This document shows positions 25,561-34,477 of a DNA stretch of 64,000 nucleotides, piece by piece. The position numbers and the translations under genes are program-made. The stretch is from assembly GCA_035758565.1 (NCBI GenBank), contig DASTXL010000002.1, forward strand, positions 147,118 to 211,117, written 5' to 3'. Each line of letters opens with the position of its first letter. Position 1 is the stretch's first letter. This DNA is from Candidatus Saccharimonadales bacterium. GTDB taxonomy: Bacteria; Patescibacteriota; Saccharimonadia; Saccharimonadales; UBA10212. The notes under the pieces are model-generated. The model ran no database searches, was not told where the DNA came from, and worked only from the letters and a program-made list of their open reading frames with translations.

Positions 25561-26934
25561 TTAAGCATATAGCTTCTCCTTTAGTTCGCTAACATACTGC
25601 TTAACCGGGCCATCGTAGCTGATCTCTTTCTGGATTTTTTCAATGGAGTGAATCGCGGTGGTGTGATCTTTGCGACCAAGCTCGTGAGCAATCTTAGGAA
25701 AGCTTAAGTGCAGTTCGCTCCTGAGCATATACATAGCTACTTGACGGGGAACCACAATATCTTTATCGCGCTTAGGGCCCAGAATGTCCTCGATCGGGAC
25801 CTGAAAATACTTAGCGGTCTTTTCTATAATGCTGCGCGAATTTAAATGCTTTGGTCGAGTGCGGTTAATGTCAAACATGCTGGCAACAAGCTGCATAGAC
25901 GGCTCAACATTTCGCATCTCGCAAAAGGCTATAACTTGATTTAGAGCGCCCTCGAGTTCGCGGATATTGCTTTGCACGCGAGTGGCTAGAAATTCCATAA
26001 CGTCGCGTGGCAGTTCAATGTGGCCGCTAGCCTTGGTTTGTAAAATAGCGCAGCGTGTTTCGAAATCGGGCGTCTGCATGTCAATTGTCATACCCCAAGC
26101 GAAGCGTGAACGCAGCCTTTCTTCTAGGGTTGGAATGTCTTTGGGCGGCTTGTCGGAACTCATGATAATTTGCTTATTGGCTTGATGCAGGGCGTTGAAG
26201 GTGTGAAAGAACTCTTCTTGAATCTTTTCTTTGCCGGCTAGGAACTGGATGTCGTCGACAATTAATACATCGGCACTTCTATAAAATCCGGCAAAATCGC
26301 TAGTATTTTTCTTAAACCTCAGCGCATCAACAAATTCTTGAACAAACTGTTCGGTAGAAGCATAGACAATCCGAGCGTTGGGTTTGTTAGCTAAGATGGC
26401 GTTGCCAACAGCTTGGATTAGGTGGGTTTTGCCAATGCCCACGCCGCCGTATATAAAGAGCGGATTATATTTAGTGCCGGGCTTGGCGGCGATTGCCTGG
26501 CAGGCCGCATAGGCTAGCTCATTGCCGGCGCCGACGACAAAATTATCAAAGCTGTAGCGCTCGTTAAGGCCCTGGCGATAAGAGTGAGTGACATTGGAAA
26601 TGGTCTTAGCTTGCGGACGGACGGGTGTTTTTTGATCGGCTGGATTTTTAAGAATGACCGAGGTGTCTTGCACCAGCGGTTGAGCATAGGCAGTGTGAAT
26701 CTTGTATTCAATTTGTTCCGGCTTAACGCCATTTTTTTCTAAAACATTTAAAACCAGGTCGTTAAATTTACGCTCCAATTGGTTTTTGACAAAAATATTC
26801 GGAACTCCAACGATAACCATGTCGTCTTTGTGGCGCAAAAGCTGAGTGTTTTTAAACCACGTCACAAAATTGCCGCGGGAAATGCTAAGTTCTATTTCGC
26901 CTAAGACTGCTTGCCAAAGAGCGCTGTCTTGCAT
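25561..26934 (-). CDS. dnaA: chromosomal replication initiator DnaA
   Basis: Walker A GGVGIGKTHL. VLIVDDIQFLAGKEKIQEEFFHTFN. C-terminal DNA-binding region ...GRKDHTTAIHSIEKI. Confidence 0.95.
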   Translation of the reverse strand: MQDSALWQAVLGEIELSISRGNFVTWFKNTQLLRHKDDMVIVGVPNIFVKNQLERKFNDLVLNVLEKNGVKPEQIEYKIHTAYAQPLVQDTSVILKNPADQKTPVRPQAKTISNVTHSYRQGLNERYSFDNFVVGAGNELAYAACQAIAAKPGTKYNPLFIYGGVGIGKTHLIQAVGNAILANKPNARIVYASTEQFVQEFVDALRFKKNTSDFAGFYRSADVLIVDDIQFLAGKEKIQEEFFHTFNALHQANKQIIMSSDKPPKDIPTLEERLRSRFAWGMTIDMQTPDFETRCAILQTKASGHIELPRDVMEFLATRVQSNIRELEGALNQVIAFCEMRNVEPSMQLVASMFDINRTRPKHLNSRSIIEKTAKYFQVPIEDILGPKRDKDIVVPRQVAMYMLRSELHLSFPKIAHELGRKDHTTAIHSIEKIQKEISYDGPVKQYVSELKEKLYA

Positions 26935-27215
26935 AAGTGTTTTTGCCCTCTATCCCGTTGCTTGTTAAAAGCAACTAATAATCACTAACTATAATCAAAC
27001 CTTTGTGGTTTTTCCACAGGCTTGTAAAAAATCACTACAGTCTGATTAAAAAACAGCCATAAGGAGAATAGTTATACACAAAACAACTTTACACCTGTTT
27101 TTTTGTGGAAAAAAGTTGGCTAACAGTGGAAAAACTGATAAGATTTGTGGGTTATCATTGTTAAATTAACGCAGACTCTTTTATAAAAAATGCTCGTCTG
27201 CTAGGAGCAAAATTA
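26935..27215. promoter_or_regulatory. second DnaA-box cluster (dnaA-rpmH intergenic; dnaA promoter/oriC part)
   Basis: TTTTCCACA 27010-27018 (part of the palindromic TGTGGTTTTTCCACA), TTATACACA 27072-27080, TGTGGAAAA 27104-27112, AGTGGAAAA 27126-27134, TGTGGGTTA 27146-27154. Confidence 0.65.
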
Positions 27216-27353
27216 ATGCCTAAGCGAACGTATCAACCAAAGAAAAAACAACGCTCAAGGGAACACGGCTTTCTTAAGCGAATGGCTAGTCGGGCGGGAA
27301 AGAAGGTGCTAAAAAGCCGGCGCGCTAAAGGTCGCGCTCGCTTAACGCACTAG
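27216..27353 (+). CDS. rpmH: 50S ribosomal protein L34
   Basis: Not in the ORF track (45 aa). [45 protein letters not shown]. Canonical position upstream of rnpA. Confidence 0.93.
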   Translation: MPKRTYQPKKKQRSREHGFLKRMASRAGKKVLKSRRAKGRARLTH

Positions 27354-27470
27354 TTCGTACCGCCTCTCGGTCCGCTTGCCGGCGGAGCCGTCAACCCGCC
27401 GATGCTTACGGCATACAACTTTGTCGTGATCACCAGGGCTCCTCGCTGTGCGTTCGCATACGAACTAGTG
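27348..27470 (+). other. GC-rich structured element between rpmH and rnpA, closed by a 12-bp perfect stem
   Basis: CACTAGTTCGTA (27348-27359, overlapping the rpmH stop) pairs with TACGAACTAGTG (27459-27470). Internal hairpins TCCGC-ttgccg-GCGGA and GCCG-atgctta-CGGC. Long-range GGAGCC/GGCTCC pairing. Confidence 0.5.
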
Positions 27471-27502
27471 TCAGTACTCAATATTTTAGATAAGCTATAC
27501 AT

Positions 27503-27862
27503 ATGATTAGTAGAAAGCATCGGTTTCACGGCTACGGCAGTCTAAAATATGTTTATCGTAACGGCAACACTGTTAGGGGCCCACTATTTGCTGTAAAAAG
27601 TCTGCACAACCCGCGCCGCAAAAGCTACCGTCTAGCCGTAGTGGTAAGTCGCAAGGTTAATAAATCGGCCGTTGTCAGAAACCACATTCGCCGCCGTTTG
27701 TACGAAGTCGTTCGTAGCCTAGAGGATCAAATTGCCGAGCCTTATGACATTGTGATAACGGTTTTTCACGACGTAGTAACAGAAGAATCTCCCAAAAAAT
27801 TGGCCTCTCAGGTTAAAAAGCAGCTTTCTCAAGCGAACATAATCGGCGGACCAAAAACGTAG
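27503..27862 (+). CDS. rnpA: ribonuclease P protein component
   Basis: 119 aa, basic. RLAVVVSRKVNKSAVVRNHIRRRLYE matches the RNR-type motif of RnpA. Position after rpmH. Confidence 0.9.
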   Translation: MISRKHRFHGYGSLKYVYRNGNTVRGPLFAVKSLHNPRRKSYRLAVVVSRKVNKSAVVRNHIRRRLYEVVRSLEDQIAEPYDIVITVFHDVVTEESPKKLASQVKKQLSQANIIGGPKT

Positions 27863-27897
27863 TGTTATAGTAGATAACCAGAGAGATTTATCCTTAT

Positions 27898-28812
27898 ATG
27901 TTTACAACCATTATTGTCCAACCGATTTTTAACCTGCTGGTTTTGATCTATGCCCTTATCCCCGGGCACAACTTTGGCTTAGCCATCATTATATTTACGA
28001 TACTGATCCGGTTGCTTTTGTGGCCGTTGGTCAAAAAGCAACTTCACCAGGCCCGAGCGATGCGCGAGCTGGCGCCCGAGATAAAAAAGATTAAAGCCGC
28101 CACAAAAGGTGATCGTCAAAAAGAATCGATGCTGACCATGGAGCTTTACCGCGAACGCGAAATTAATCCATTTGCCAGCTTGCTAGTAGCTATTGTTCAA
28201 ATCCCAATCCTAATCGGTCTATATAGCGGCTTGCGCCGGATTATTGACGACCCGCACCAAATCATCAGCTTTTCTTACCCTTTTATGCATAACCTGCCAT
28301 GGCTAAAAACCTTAGCTGGCGATATTCATAAATTCGACGATTCGTTGTTTGGGGTGGTTAACCTAACCAGAACAGCTATTGAGTCCAGTGGAATTTACTG
28401 GACAGCAATGATTATCGTGGTTGCCAGCGCCATCGCTCAGTACTTCCAAACCAAGCAGTTAATGCCCCAAGATCCAGAGGCCAGGAGCTTGCGCCGAATC
28501 TTATCCGAGGCCGGCACCGGAAAGCAGGCCGATCAGAGCGAGGTGAATGCCGCAGTTGGCCGCAGCACCCAATTTTTGGTGCCGATTATGGTATTTATAA
28601 TCGCCCTTCGCCTGGCGGTAGCGCTGCCGCTTTATTGGCTGGTTAGCAGCGTTGTAGCCTATGTCCAGCAATCACGCGCCCTTAAGAAAGATGCCGATAA
28701 GGCCGATGCCGCGGTTGGTACCGACAGCCGGGTTAAGGTAGAATCGAAAGTCTCGACCAGAAAAAACAAAAAAACCAAAAAAACTTCTTCTAAAAAAAGG
28801 AGGAGAAAATGA
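27898..28812 (+). CDS. yidC: membrane protein insertase YidC (short monoderm type)
   Basis: LLWPLVKKQLHQARAMRELAPEIKKIK...MELYREREINPFAS. Multi-TM. Lys-rich C-terminal tail. Position after rnpA. Confidence 0.9.
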   Translation: MFTTIIVQPIFNLLVLIYALIPGHNFGLAIIIFTILIRLLLWPLVKKQLHQARAMRELAPEIKKIKAATKGDRQKESMLTMELYREREINPFASLLVAIVQIPILIGLYSGLRRIIDDPHQIISFSYPFMHNLPWLKTLAGDIHKFDDSLFGVVNLTRTAIESSGIYWTAMIIVVASAIAQYFQTKQLMPQDPEARSLRRILSEAGTGKQADQSEVNAAVGRSTQFLVPIMVFIIALRLAVALPLYWLVSSVVAYVQQSRALKKDADKADAAVGTDSRVKVESKVSTRKNKKTKKTSSKKRRRK

Positions 28813-29294
28813 ATCAAGACATAGAAGAAGCAATTCTTTACGCCAAAAAATACCTAGAGGATCTACTTAGTTTTTTTGGTCTAAATACTGACGTTTATGC
28901 TACCACCGAAGACCACGAAGTAATCGAACTGGAAGTTCCCTCGACACACCTAAATGGATTTTTGATTGGCAGTCGGGGAGACACGCTGCGCTCTTTACAG
29001 CAGCTAATTGCCTCAGCTCTTAAGAACCAAAACTTTAGCCACACCCGCGTTAACATTGATATTGCCGGCTATAAAAAGCAGCACGCCGAGAAACTAGCAA
29101 AACAAGCCGAGACTTGGTTTAAAGAAGTTCAAAAATCTGGTCAACCCAAGGAGCTGGCACCTATGAATCCGGCTGATCGCCGTACTGTTCATAAAGCTGC
29201 CGACGATTACGGACTAATCACCGAATCGGTTGGTTTTGGCCGTGATCGCCACATTGTACTAAAACCAGGCGACAAAACCACCGACGCTGAATAA
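28809..29294 (+). CDS. jag: Jag/KhpB-type RNA-binding protein (KH plus R3H domains)
   Basis: C-terminal R3H region LAPMNPADRRTVHKAADDYGLITESVGFGRDRHIVLKP. Canonical position after yidC. Confidence 0.85.
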   Translation: MNQDIEEAILYAKKYLEDLLSFFGLNTDVYATTEDHEVIELEVPSTHLNGFLIGSRGDTLRSLQQLIASALKNQNFSHTRVNIDIAGYKKQHAEKLAKQAETWFKEVQKSGQPKELAPMNPADRRTVHKAADDYGLITESVGFGRDRHIVLKPGDKTTDAE

Positions 29295-29297
29295 CTG

Positions 29298-30431
29298 TTA
29301 CCCAAGAACTTTTTTGTATATATCTAAGGTTTGTTCGGCTGTTTTTTGCCAGGAGTATGTTTTGGCCAGAACTAAACCTTTATGGATTAAGTCTTTGCGC
29401 AGGCCTGGACTGCTAGCCAGCTGTATTATTTTGCTGGCGATACCCTTAGTGTCTTCTGGGTTAAAGTAGAGAGCCGCGTCCTTATAAATTTCTGGCAGGC
29501 AAGAAGCGTTGCTGGAGGCAACCGGCAGGGAATAGCTCATAGCTTCTAAGCCAGGGAGCCCGAAACCCTCGCTCAGAGAAGGAAATACGTAACCCAAGGC
29601 ATTCTTATATAACCAAACCAACTGGCCGTCAGAAACGAAATCAGTAAAAATAACTTGACTTGTTAAGTTATTTTCTTGAGTCAGCTTTTTTATTTTTTCG
29701 TAATTCTTATCATTTTTTCCGGCTAGCACTAGCTTTAATTCCGGATGGCTAGCTTGGACAATTTGCATAGCCTCAATCAAACGTTCGAGGTTCTTGTGCG
29801 GGTTTGGGCGGCCAACATACATAACAAACTTCTGGCCGACTAGGCCTGCCACCTTTTTGGGCTTATCTTTATAATTTGTTGCTGCCTCGTAAGTTACCAA
29901 GATCTTTTTAGGATTAATTTTTGCAAAGCGTGCTACATCCTGGCGTACATAGTCGCTTGGGGTTATTAATATCTTTGATTTATGCCCGATCCAAAAAAGC
30001 ATGAACCCGAACATCAGCTGCTTGAACTTAAACTTTAAAAAGTTTTCGGAGGGGTTGCTAAAGCGTAGAGCCGTAAGGTCGTGGACGGTAGTAATCGACT
30101 TGCCAAAATAAAGTAGCGGTTGCTGGGTAATGGCAAAATGAACAAGATCTGGTTTTAGGCGATAAAGCCGCCAGGCTAAATTAAACTGTTCTTTCAAGCT
30201 GCCATTAATCGGATAATTGGCTTTTTGGAGACTGAAATTGGCAGGCAATTTCAGGGATTTGCGGTCGTAGTCGGGCCAAACCAAAACTGTGTATCTGGTG
30301 GCGGTGTCAATCTTACCAAGATTTTCTAACAACCCCCGCAGATAGGTGCCATAGCCAGAGGAGCTGATCGGCCGGGCGTCTATAACGACATGCTTAATTT
30401 TGTCCATAAATCTCCATATGTTGCTTAACAA
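29298..30431 (-). CDS. glycosyltransferase family 4 (GT-B)
   Basis: FPSLSEGFGLPGLEAMSYSLPVASSNASCLPEI matches the E(x7)E GT4 C-terminal motif. Confidence 0.85.
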   Translation of the reverse strand: MLSNIWRFMDKIKHVVIDARPISSSGYGTYLRGLLENLGKIDTATRYTVLVWPDYDRKSLKLPANFSLQKANYPINGSLKEQFNLAWRLYRLKPDLVHFAITQQPLLYFGKSITTVHDLTALRFSNPSENFLKFKFKQLMFGFMLFWIGHKSKILITPSDYVRQDVARFAKINPKKILVTYEAATNYKDKPKKVAGLVGQKFVMYVGRPNPHKNLERLIEAMQIVQASHPELKLVLAGKNDKNYEKIKKLTQENNLTSQVIFTDFVSDGQLVWLYKNALGYVFPSLSEGFGLPGLEAMSYSLPVASSNASCLPEIYKDAALYFNPEDTKGIASKIIQLASSPGLRKDLIHKGLVLAKTYSWQKTAEQTLDIYKKVLG

Positions 30432-31503
30432 TATTTTGCCACGAAAAATAATCGGCTAATTTTGCCGAGCCAGACTCGATGGTGTCTTGGAGTTCCTTGG
30501 AGTTTTCCAGTTCCGCTACAGCCCCGCCTAGTTTTTCTGGCGAGGGGCCTAATATCAGACGGCTGTTCTGGCGGTCGATAAAGGGTAGCGTCTCTGTTGG
30601 GTTTTTTGAGCCGCTGCTGATTAAAAGCAGTCCGTGGGTAATCGCCGTGATGGCTGTGCTTGATTTGGCCGAAAGGGGTTGGTGCTGGGGTAGAACGAAA
30701 TATTTTCCAGCCTGAAGAGCCCTTGATACTTGTTCGTCGCTCAAAAACCCGGCAACAGCCACGCGCTTTTTAGCAGAATTAACAGAGTCTATCTGCTTCA
30801 AAATTTTGGCTTGATAACTATCCTGGGCGCTTAGTTCGGTGAGTAGCAAAAGTTGGTAGTCCGCGAGTTTTTCGCTGACCATGGCGTCGAGCAACACCTC
30901 AAGATTTTTGTTGGGCTGAGCAAAGCCAAAATAAAGCAAGGTTGGTTTCTGGTTGTCCAGTCCGCCGGACTTCATTAAACCGGAATAAACGCTCGGATCG
31001 GCCGGCACTCTTTTGATATTCGGACCAATTGGTATAACAACCGTTTTTTTACGCAAAAATCCAGGCAAGGCTAGTCGGTCTTGTTCGTTAGACAAGATTA
31101 TTTTATTCGCCGGCAGAACGGTTATAAAATCACGAACCTTGCCGATGAGTCTGGACTCGTGATACTCGTGCAGGGTTACCAGCACGCGTTTGCCACTTAA
31201 TCTCAAAACATAAGGCAGTAGATTGATGCCGAGCTGCCGACCATAGCCAACGGCCGGATACTGAACATGAACAATGCTGGCGCCAGACTGCTTTACCTGC
31301 CGGTTAATTTTGACCAAAGTTGTAAGCTTCCAGTTTTTGACTGTTCGTAACCGTGGAACCGTAATTTGATCAACACCAGTGGTCGAAAGTATTTCATAGC
31401 TAATTTTTTGGGTCGAAAACTCTTCGATTAGTCGCTGGGTGTAATAGCCAACTCCACATCGAATAGGCGGCAGTGAGCCAGAAATAATTAAAAGCTTCTT
31501 CAT
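30394..31503 (-). CDS. glycosyltransferase, GT4-like
   Basis: The ORF track extends to 31557. The start MKKLLIISGSLPPIRCGVGYYT at 31503 gives an ATGA overlap with the upstream stop. GT-B-like N-terminal glycine motif. Confidence 0.7.
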   Translation of the reverse strand: MKKLLIISGSLPPIRCGVGYYTQRLIEEFSTQKISYEILSTTGVDQITVPRLRTVKNWKLTTLVKINRQVKQSGASIVHVQYPAVGYGRQLGINLLPYVLRLSGKRVLVTLHEYHESRLIGKVRDFITVLPANKIILSNEQDRLALPGFLRKKTVVIPIGPNIKRVPADPSVYSGLMKSGGLDNQKPTLLYFGFAQPNKNLEVLLDAMVSEKLADYQLLLLTELSAQDSYQAKILKQIDSVNSAKKRVAVAGFLSDEQVSRALQAGKYFVLPQHQPLSAKSSTAITAITHGLLLISSGSKNPTETLPFIDRQNSRLILGPSPEKLGGAVAELENSKELQDTIESGSAKLADYFSWQNIVKQHMEIYGQN

Positions 31504-32429
31504 AATCGCCTCTTCAGCTTGCCGCTTTTGCCGCGCAGACCGTCTGCCCAACCCCAAAAAAGCCCTTTAGCGGCCTGGTGTTTTTGCGAATAACGTAACC
31601 AGATGTTAATCACGTACTTAAGGCTTATGTACAATAATCTCAAAAAGGCGACAAATTTATATAAGCCGCCAACACGATCTCTTATAAATAAAAAGTGATT
31701 GCGGATATTGTAGTAAATATAGGCCGGTGATCGAACGCCTAAGCTAGAAGATACGTGATGCAAAATTTTGACATTGGGCAAATAAAGAAGCTCAAAACCT
31801 GCCCCAAGGGCCCGGGCACACCAGTCGGCATCTTCCCAGTAAAGAAAGTATTCATCTTGGAATAAAAGTTGCTTTAGATCAGCTCGTTTTAAGGCGATAG
31901 CGAAGCAACAACCGGTTATAAAACTAACTGTTTTTGCCGAGCCCGGTTGAGCGCTGGCTATCTTGCCGACTCCTAAGTGTTTGACAACTGACGTCTTGGT
32001 AGATAACTGGCCACCACCGTACCAAATGACGGCTGGTTTGTTGCTACTGAGTATTGTGGGCGCAGCCGCCAGCGCTGACTTATTGGCCTCGAGTCCTGCC
32101 ACCAGTTCTTTAAAAACCTCTTTGTCGATAATTTCTGTGTCGGGGTTGAGGACAAAAACATAGGCATAGCCTGATTCTTTGGCCGCCTTTATATTTGGGT
32201 TGTGGCCACCGGCAAAACCAAGGTTATCGGAGTTTTCAATGACTTTTAAAGAGCGAAGCTTATTTTTTACAGCCGCATCTAATTTGAGCGGATCAACGAG
32301 CGAGTGGTTGTCCACCACTACGACATCGGGCTGCTCTTCCTTAGGCAGCTGGGCAATACCAAACAGGCAAGCATTAGTAGCGGCAGAATTGTTCCAGTTG
32401 ACAATCGAAACCAGTGATTTGTTCTTCAT
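31500..32429 (-). CDS. glycosyltransferase family 2 (rhamnosyltransferase-like)
   Basis: VSIVNWNN...VVVDNHS...GFAGGHN...LNPDTEI matches the GT-A/GT2 pattern. Confidence 0.8.
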   Translation of the reverse strand: MKNKSLVSIVNWNNSAATNACLFGIAQLPKEEQPDVVVVDNHSLVDPLKLDAAVKNKLRSLKVIENSDNLGFAGGHNPNIKAAKESGYAYVFVLNPDTEIIDKEVFKELVAGLEANKSALAAAPTILSSNKPAVIWYGGGQLSTKTSVVKHLGVGKIASAQPGSAKTVSFITGCCFAIALKRADLKQLLFQDEYFLYWEDADWCARALGAGFELLYLPNVKILHHVSSSLGVRSPAYIYYNIRNHFLFIRDRVGGLYKFVAFLRLLYISLKYVINIWLRYSQKHQAAKGLFWGWADGLRGKSGKLKRRL

Positions 32430-32489
32430 AAGGGGTAGCTTATCAATCGACTAAACGGGCCCATCTCCTCTATAATACTTTAAGCTACT

Positions 32490-33293
32490 ATGTTTAGACA
32501 TGCTTTATCGAAGAAGAATCGAGCTTTAATATCAGAGCTGGTTCGGACAGACTTTAAACTGCGTTACCAAGGATCTGTTTTGGGGTATGCTTGGTCTTTG
32601 CTTCGTCCCCTTTTGATTTTTGTAATTCTGTACGTGGTATTCGTAAAATTCTTAAAACTTGGCACCGAGGTGCCACATTTTCCGATATATCTACTCCTGG
32701 GCATAGTTATATGGAACTTCTTTAATGAAATGACGGTGATGAGCCAGGGTTCAATTGTGGCCCGCGGTGATCTTATTCGCAAAATTAGGATTCCTAGATG
32801 GATTATTGTTCTGTCGAGCAGCTTATCGGCTTTAATTAACTTAGTCCTAAACTTGATTGTGGTGGGAGTTTTTATGGCTATTAACCATGTTGATATTCTG
32901 AAAACAACTTTGTGGTTCCCGCTAATCCTACTAGAAATATATGTTTTTGCGCTCGGTATATCGTTGTTTTTGTCTGCCGCCTTTGTTAAATACCGGGACG
33001 TTGGCTACATTTGGGAAGTCATTCTTCAGGCGGGTTTTTACCTTACCCCAATCTTGTACCCACTGGCTCGAATCACTAACTTAACCTTTCAAAAACTTAT
33101 AATGCTTAACCCTATGGCCCAGACAATTCAGGACGCTCGCTACACGGTTGTAACCCATCAAACGGCTACGACCTTTAGTGTATACGCCGGCGGTTGGCTA
33201 AAATTCACCCCGTTTGTAATAGTGGTTATGGTTTTTGCCGGAGGATTAACCTACTTCATCAAAGAATCTAAATACTTCGCGGAGAATATATAG
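32490..33293 (+). CDS. wzm: ABC-2 type polysaccharide/teichoic-acid exporter permease (Wzm/TagG-like)
   Basis: 267 aa with six hydrophobic helices. N-terminal ELVRTDFKLRYQGSVLGYAWSLLRPLL is the ABC-2 export permease signature. Confidence 0.85.
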   Translation: MFRHALSKKNRALISELVRTDFKLRYQGSVLGYAWSLLRPLLIFVILYVVFVKFLKLGTEVPHFPIYLLLGIVIWNFFNEMTVMSQGSIVARGDLIRKIRIPRWIIVLSSSLSALINLVLNLIVVGVFMAINHVDILKTTLWFPLILLEIYVFALGISLFLSAAFVKYRDVGYIWEVILQAGFYLTPILYPLARITNLTFQKLIMLNPMAQTIQDARYTVVTHQTATTFSVYAGGWLKFTPFVIVVMVFAGGLTYFIKESKYFAENI

Positions 33294-34477
33294 TGGACGG
33301 CGATACGGCAATTTCGGTCGATAGTGTTAGTAAAGTTTTCAAGCTGCCCCGCGAAAAGAATACCTCGGTTAAGTCGGCTGTAGTTAATTTTTACCGCCGC
33401 AATAAAAATTTTGAAATGCAAAAGGCGCTTAATAATGTTTCATTCGAGATTAAAAAAGGCGAATTTTTTGGAATAGTTGGTCGCAATGGCAGCGGCAAAA
33501 GCACAATGCTCAAGGTATTGGCTGGGATTTATTCGCCGACCAGCGGCGCGGTGAAGGTAGAGGGCACACTTACGCCTTTTATAGAACTTGGCGTTGGTTT
33601 TAACGCCGAACTGACTGGCCGCGAAAACGTTTTTTTGAACGGTGCGTTGCTTGGTTTTTCTCGCAAGGAAATGCAGGCAATGTACAAAGATATTGTTGAT
33701 TTTGCTGAGCTTGGAAAGTTCATGGACCAAAAGCTCAAGAACTACTCTTCGGGCATGCAAGTTAGATTGGCCTTCTCTATTGCCATTAGGGCCAAAAGCG
33801 ATATTTTACTTATCGATGAAGTGCTGGCGGTGGGCGATTCGGCTTTTCAACGCAAATGTTTTGAACATTTTGACCGCTTAAAGAACGAAAAAACAACCGT
33901 TATTTTGGTTACCCACGACATGGGTGCCGTAGAGAAATACTGCGACCGAGCTATTTTAATTAACAAAGGAGAACTGGTTGAAGCCGGTGGTCCCCGTGAT
34001 ATTGCCGCTAGCTATCGCTTACTAAACATGGCTACCAGTGAACGTGGCAGCGATAGCGAACAGATTTATGGCAGGCAAGTGAAGATTAAGTCTACCAGGC
34101 TTAACGGACAAACCGATCTGATACTCAAGAATGAGAAAGAGTTAAAGCTCGAAATGGATTTGAGTGCCGCTGTCGACACCGACGTAGTAGCCGGACTTTC
34201 TATTATTAGAGACGACGGGACTTTGATTGCACACTATAACTCTAAAGATGAAAAACCACTAAAGCTCGCCAAAAAGACGCAACATACTATTAAATGCAAC
34301 ATAAACGCCGAGCAGTTTTTAGAAGGCGGCTATCAGATTGATGTTGCTATTTATGATGAGCAGGGCGGCTACCTAGATCGTAAGCCGAATGCAGTGCGCT
34401 TTGCCGCCACGCCAAAAAATACAAGTAAATCAAAATTCGGAATAATGAACCTGGATGGTAAGTGGCAGCTAAATTAA
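33293..34477 (+). CDS. wzt: polysaccharide exporter ATP-binding protein (Wzt/TagH-like) with extra C-terminal domain
   Basis: Walker A GRNGSGKST. Signature YSSGMQVRLAFS. Walker B ILLIDEVLAVGD. About 145 additional C-terminal residues, consistent with a Wzt-type glycan-binding domain. Confidence 0.85.
   Translation: MDGDTAISVDSVSKVFKLPREKNTSVKSAVVNFYRRNKNFEMQKALNNVSFEIKKGEFFGIVGRNGSGKSTMLKVLAGIYSPTSGAVKVEGTLTPFIELGVGFNAELTGRENVFLNGALLGFSRKEMQAMYKDIVDFAELGKFMDQKLKNYSSGMQVRLAFSIAIRAKSDILLIDEVLAVGDSAFQRKCFEHFDRLKNEKTTVILVTHDMGAVEKYCDRAILINKGELVEAGGPRDIAASYRLLNMATSERGSDSEQIYGRQVKIKSTRLNGQTDLILKNEKELKLEMDLSAAVDTDVVAGLSIIRDDGTLIAHYNSKDEKPLKLAKKTQHTIKCNINAEQFLEGGYQIDVAIYDEQGGYLDRKPNAVRFAATPKNTSKSKFGIMNLDGKWQLN

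Noticed and set aside
25269-25568. 99-aa minus-strand ORF filling the dnaA-dnaN intergenic region
   Set aside because: It coincides exactly with the DnaA-box cluster and AT-rich region expected for oriC. Its composition is odd and hydrophobic, it has no SD, and it overlaps both neighbours. It is most likely a chance ORF.
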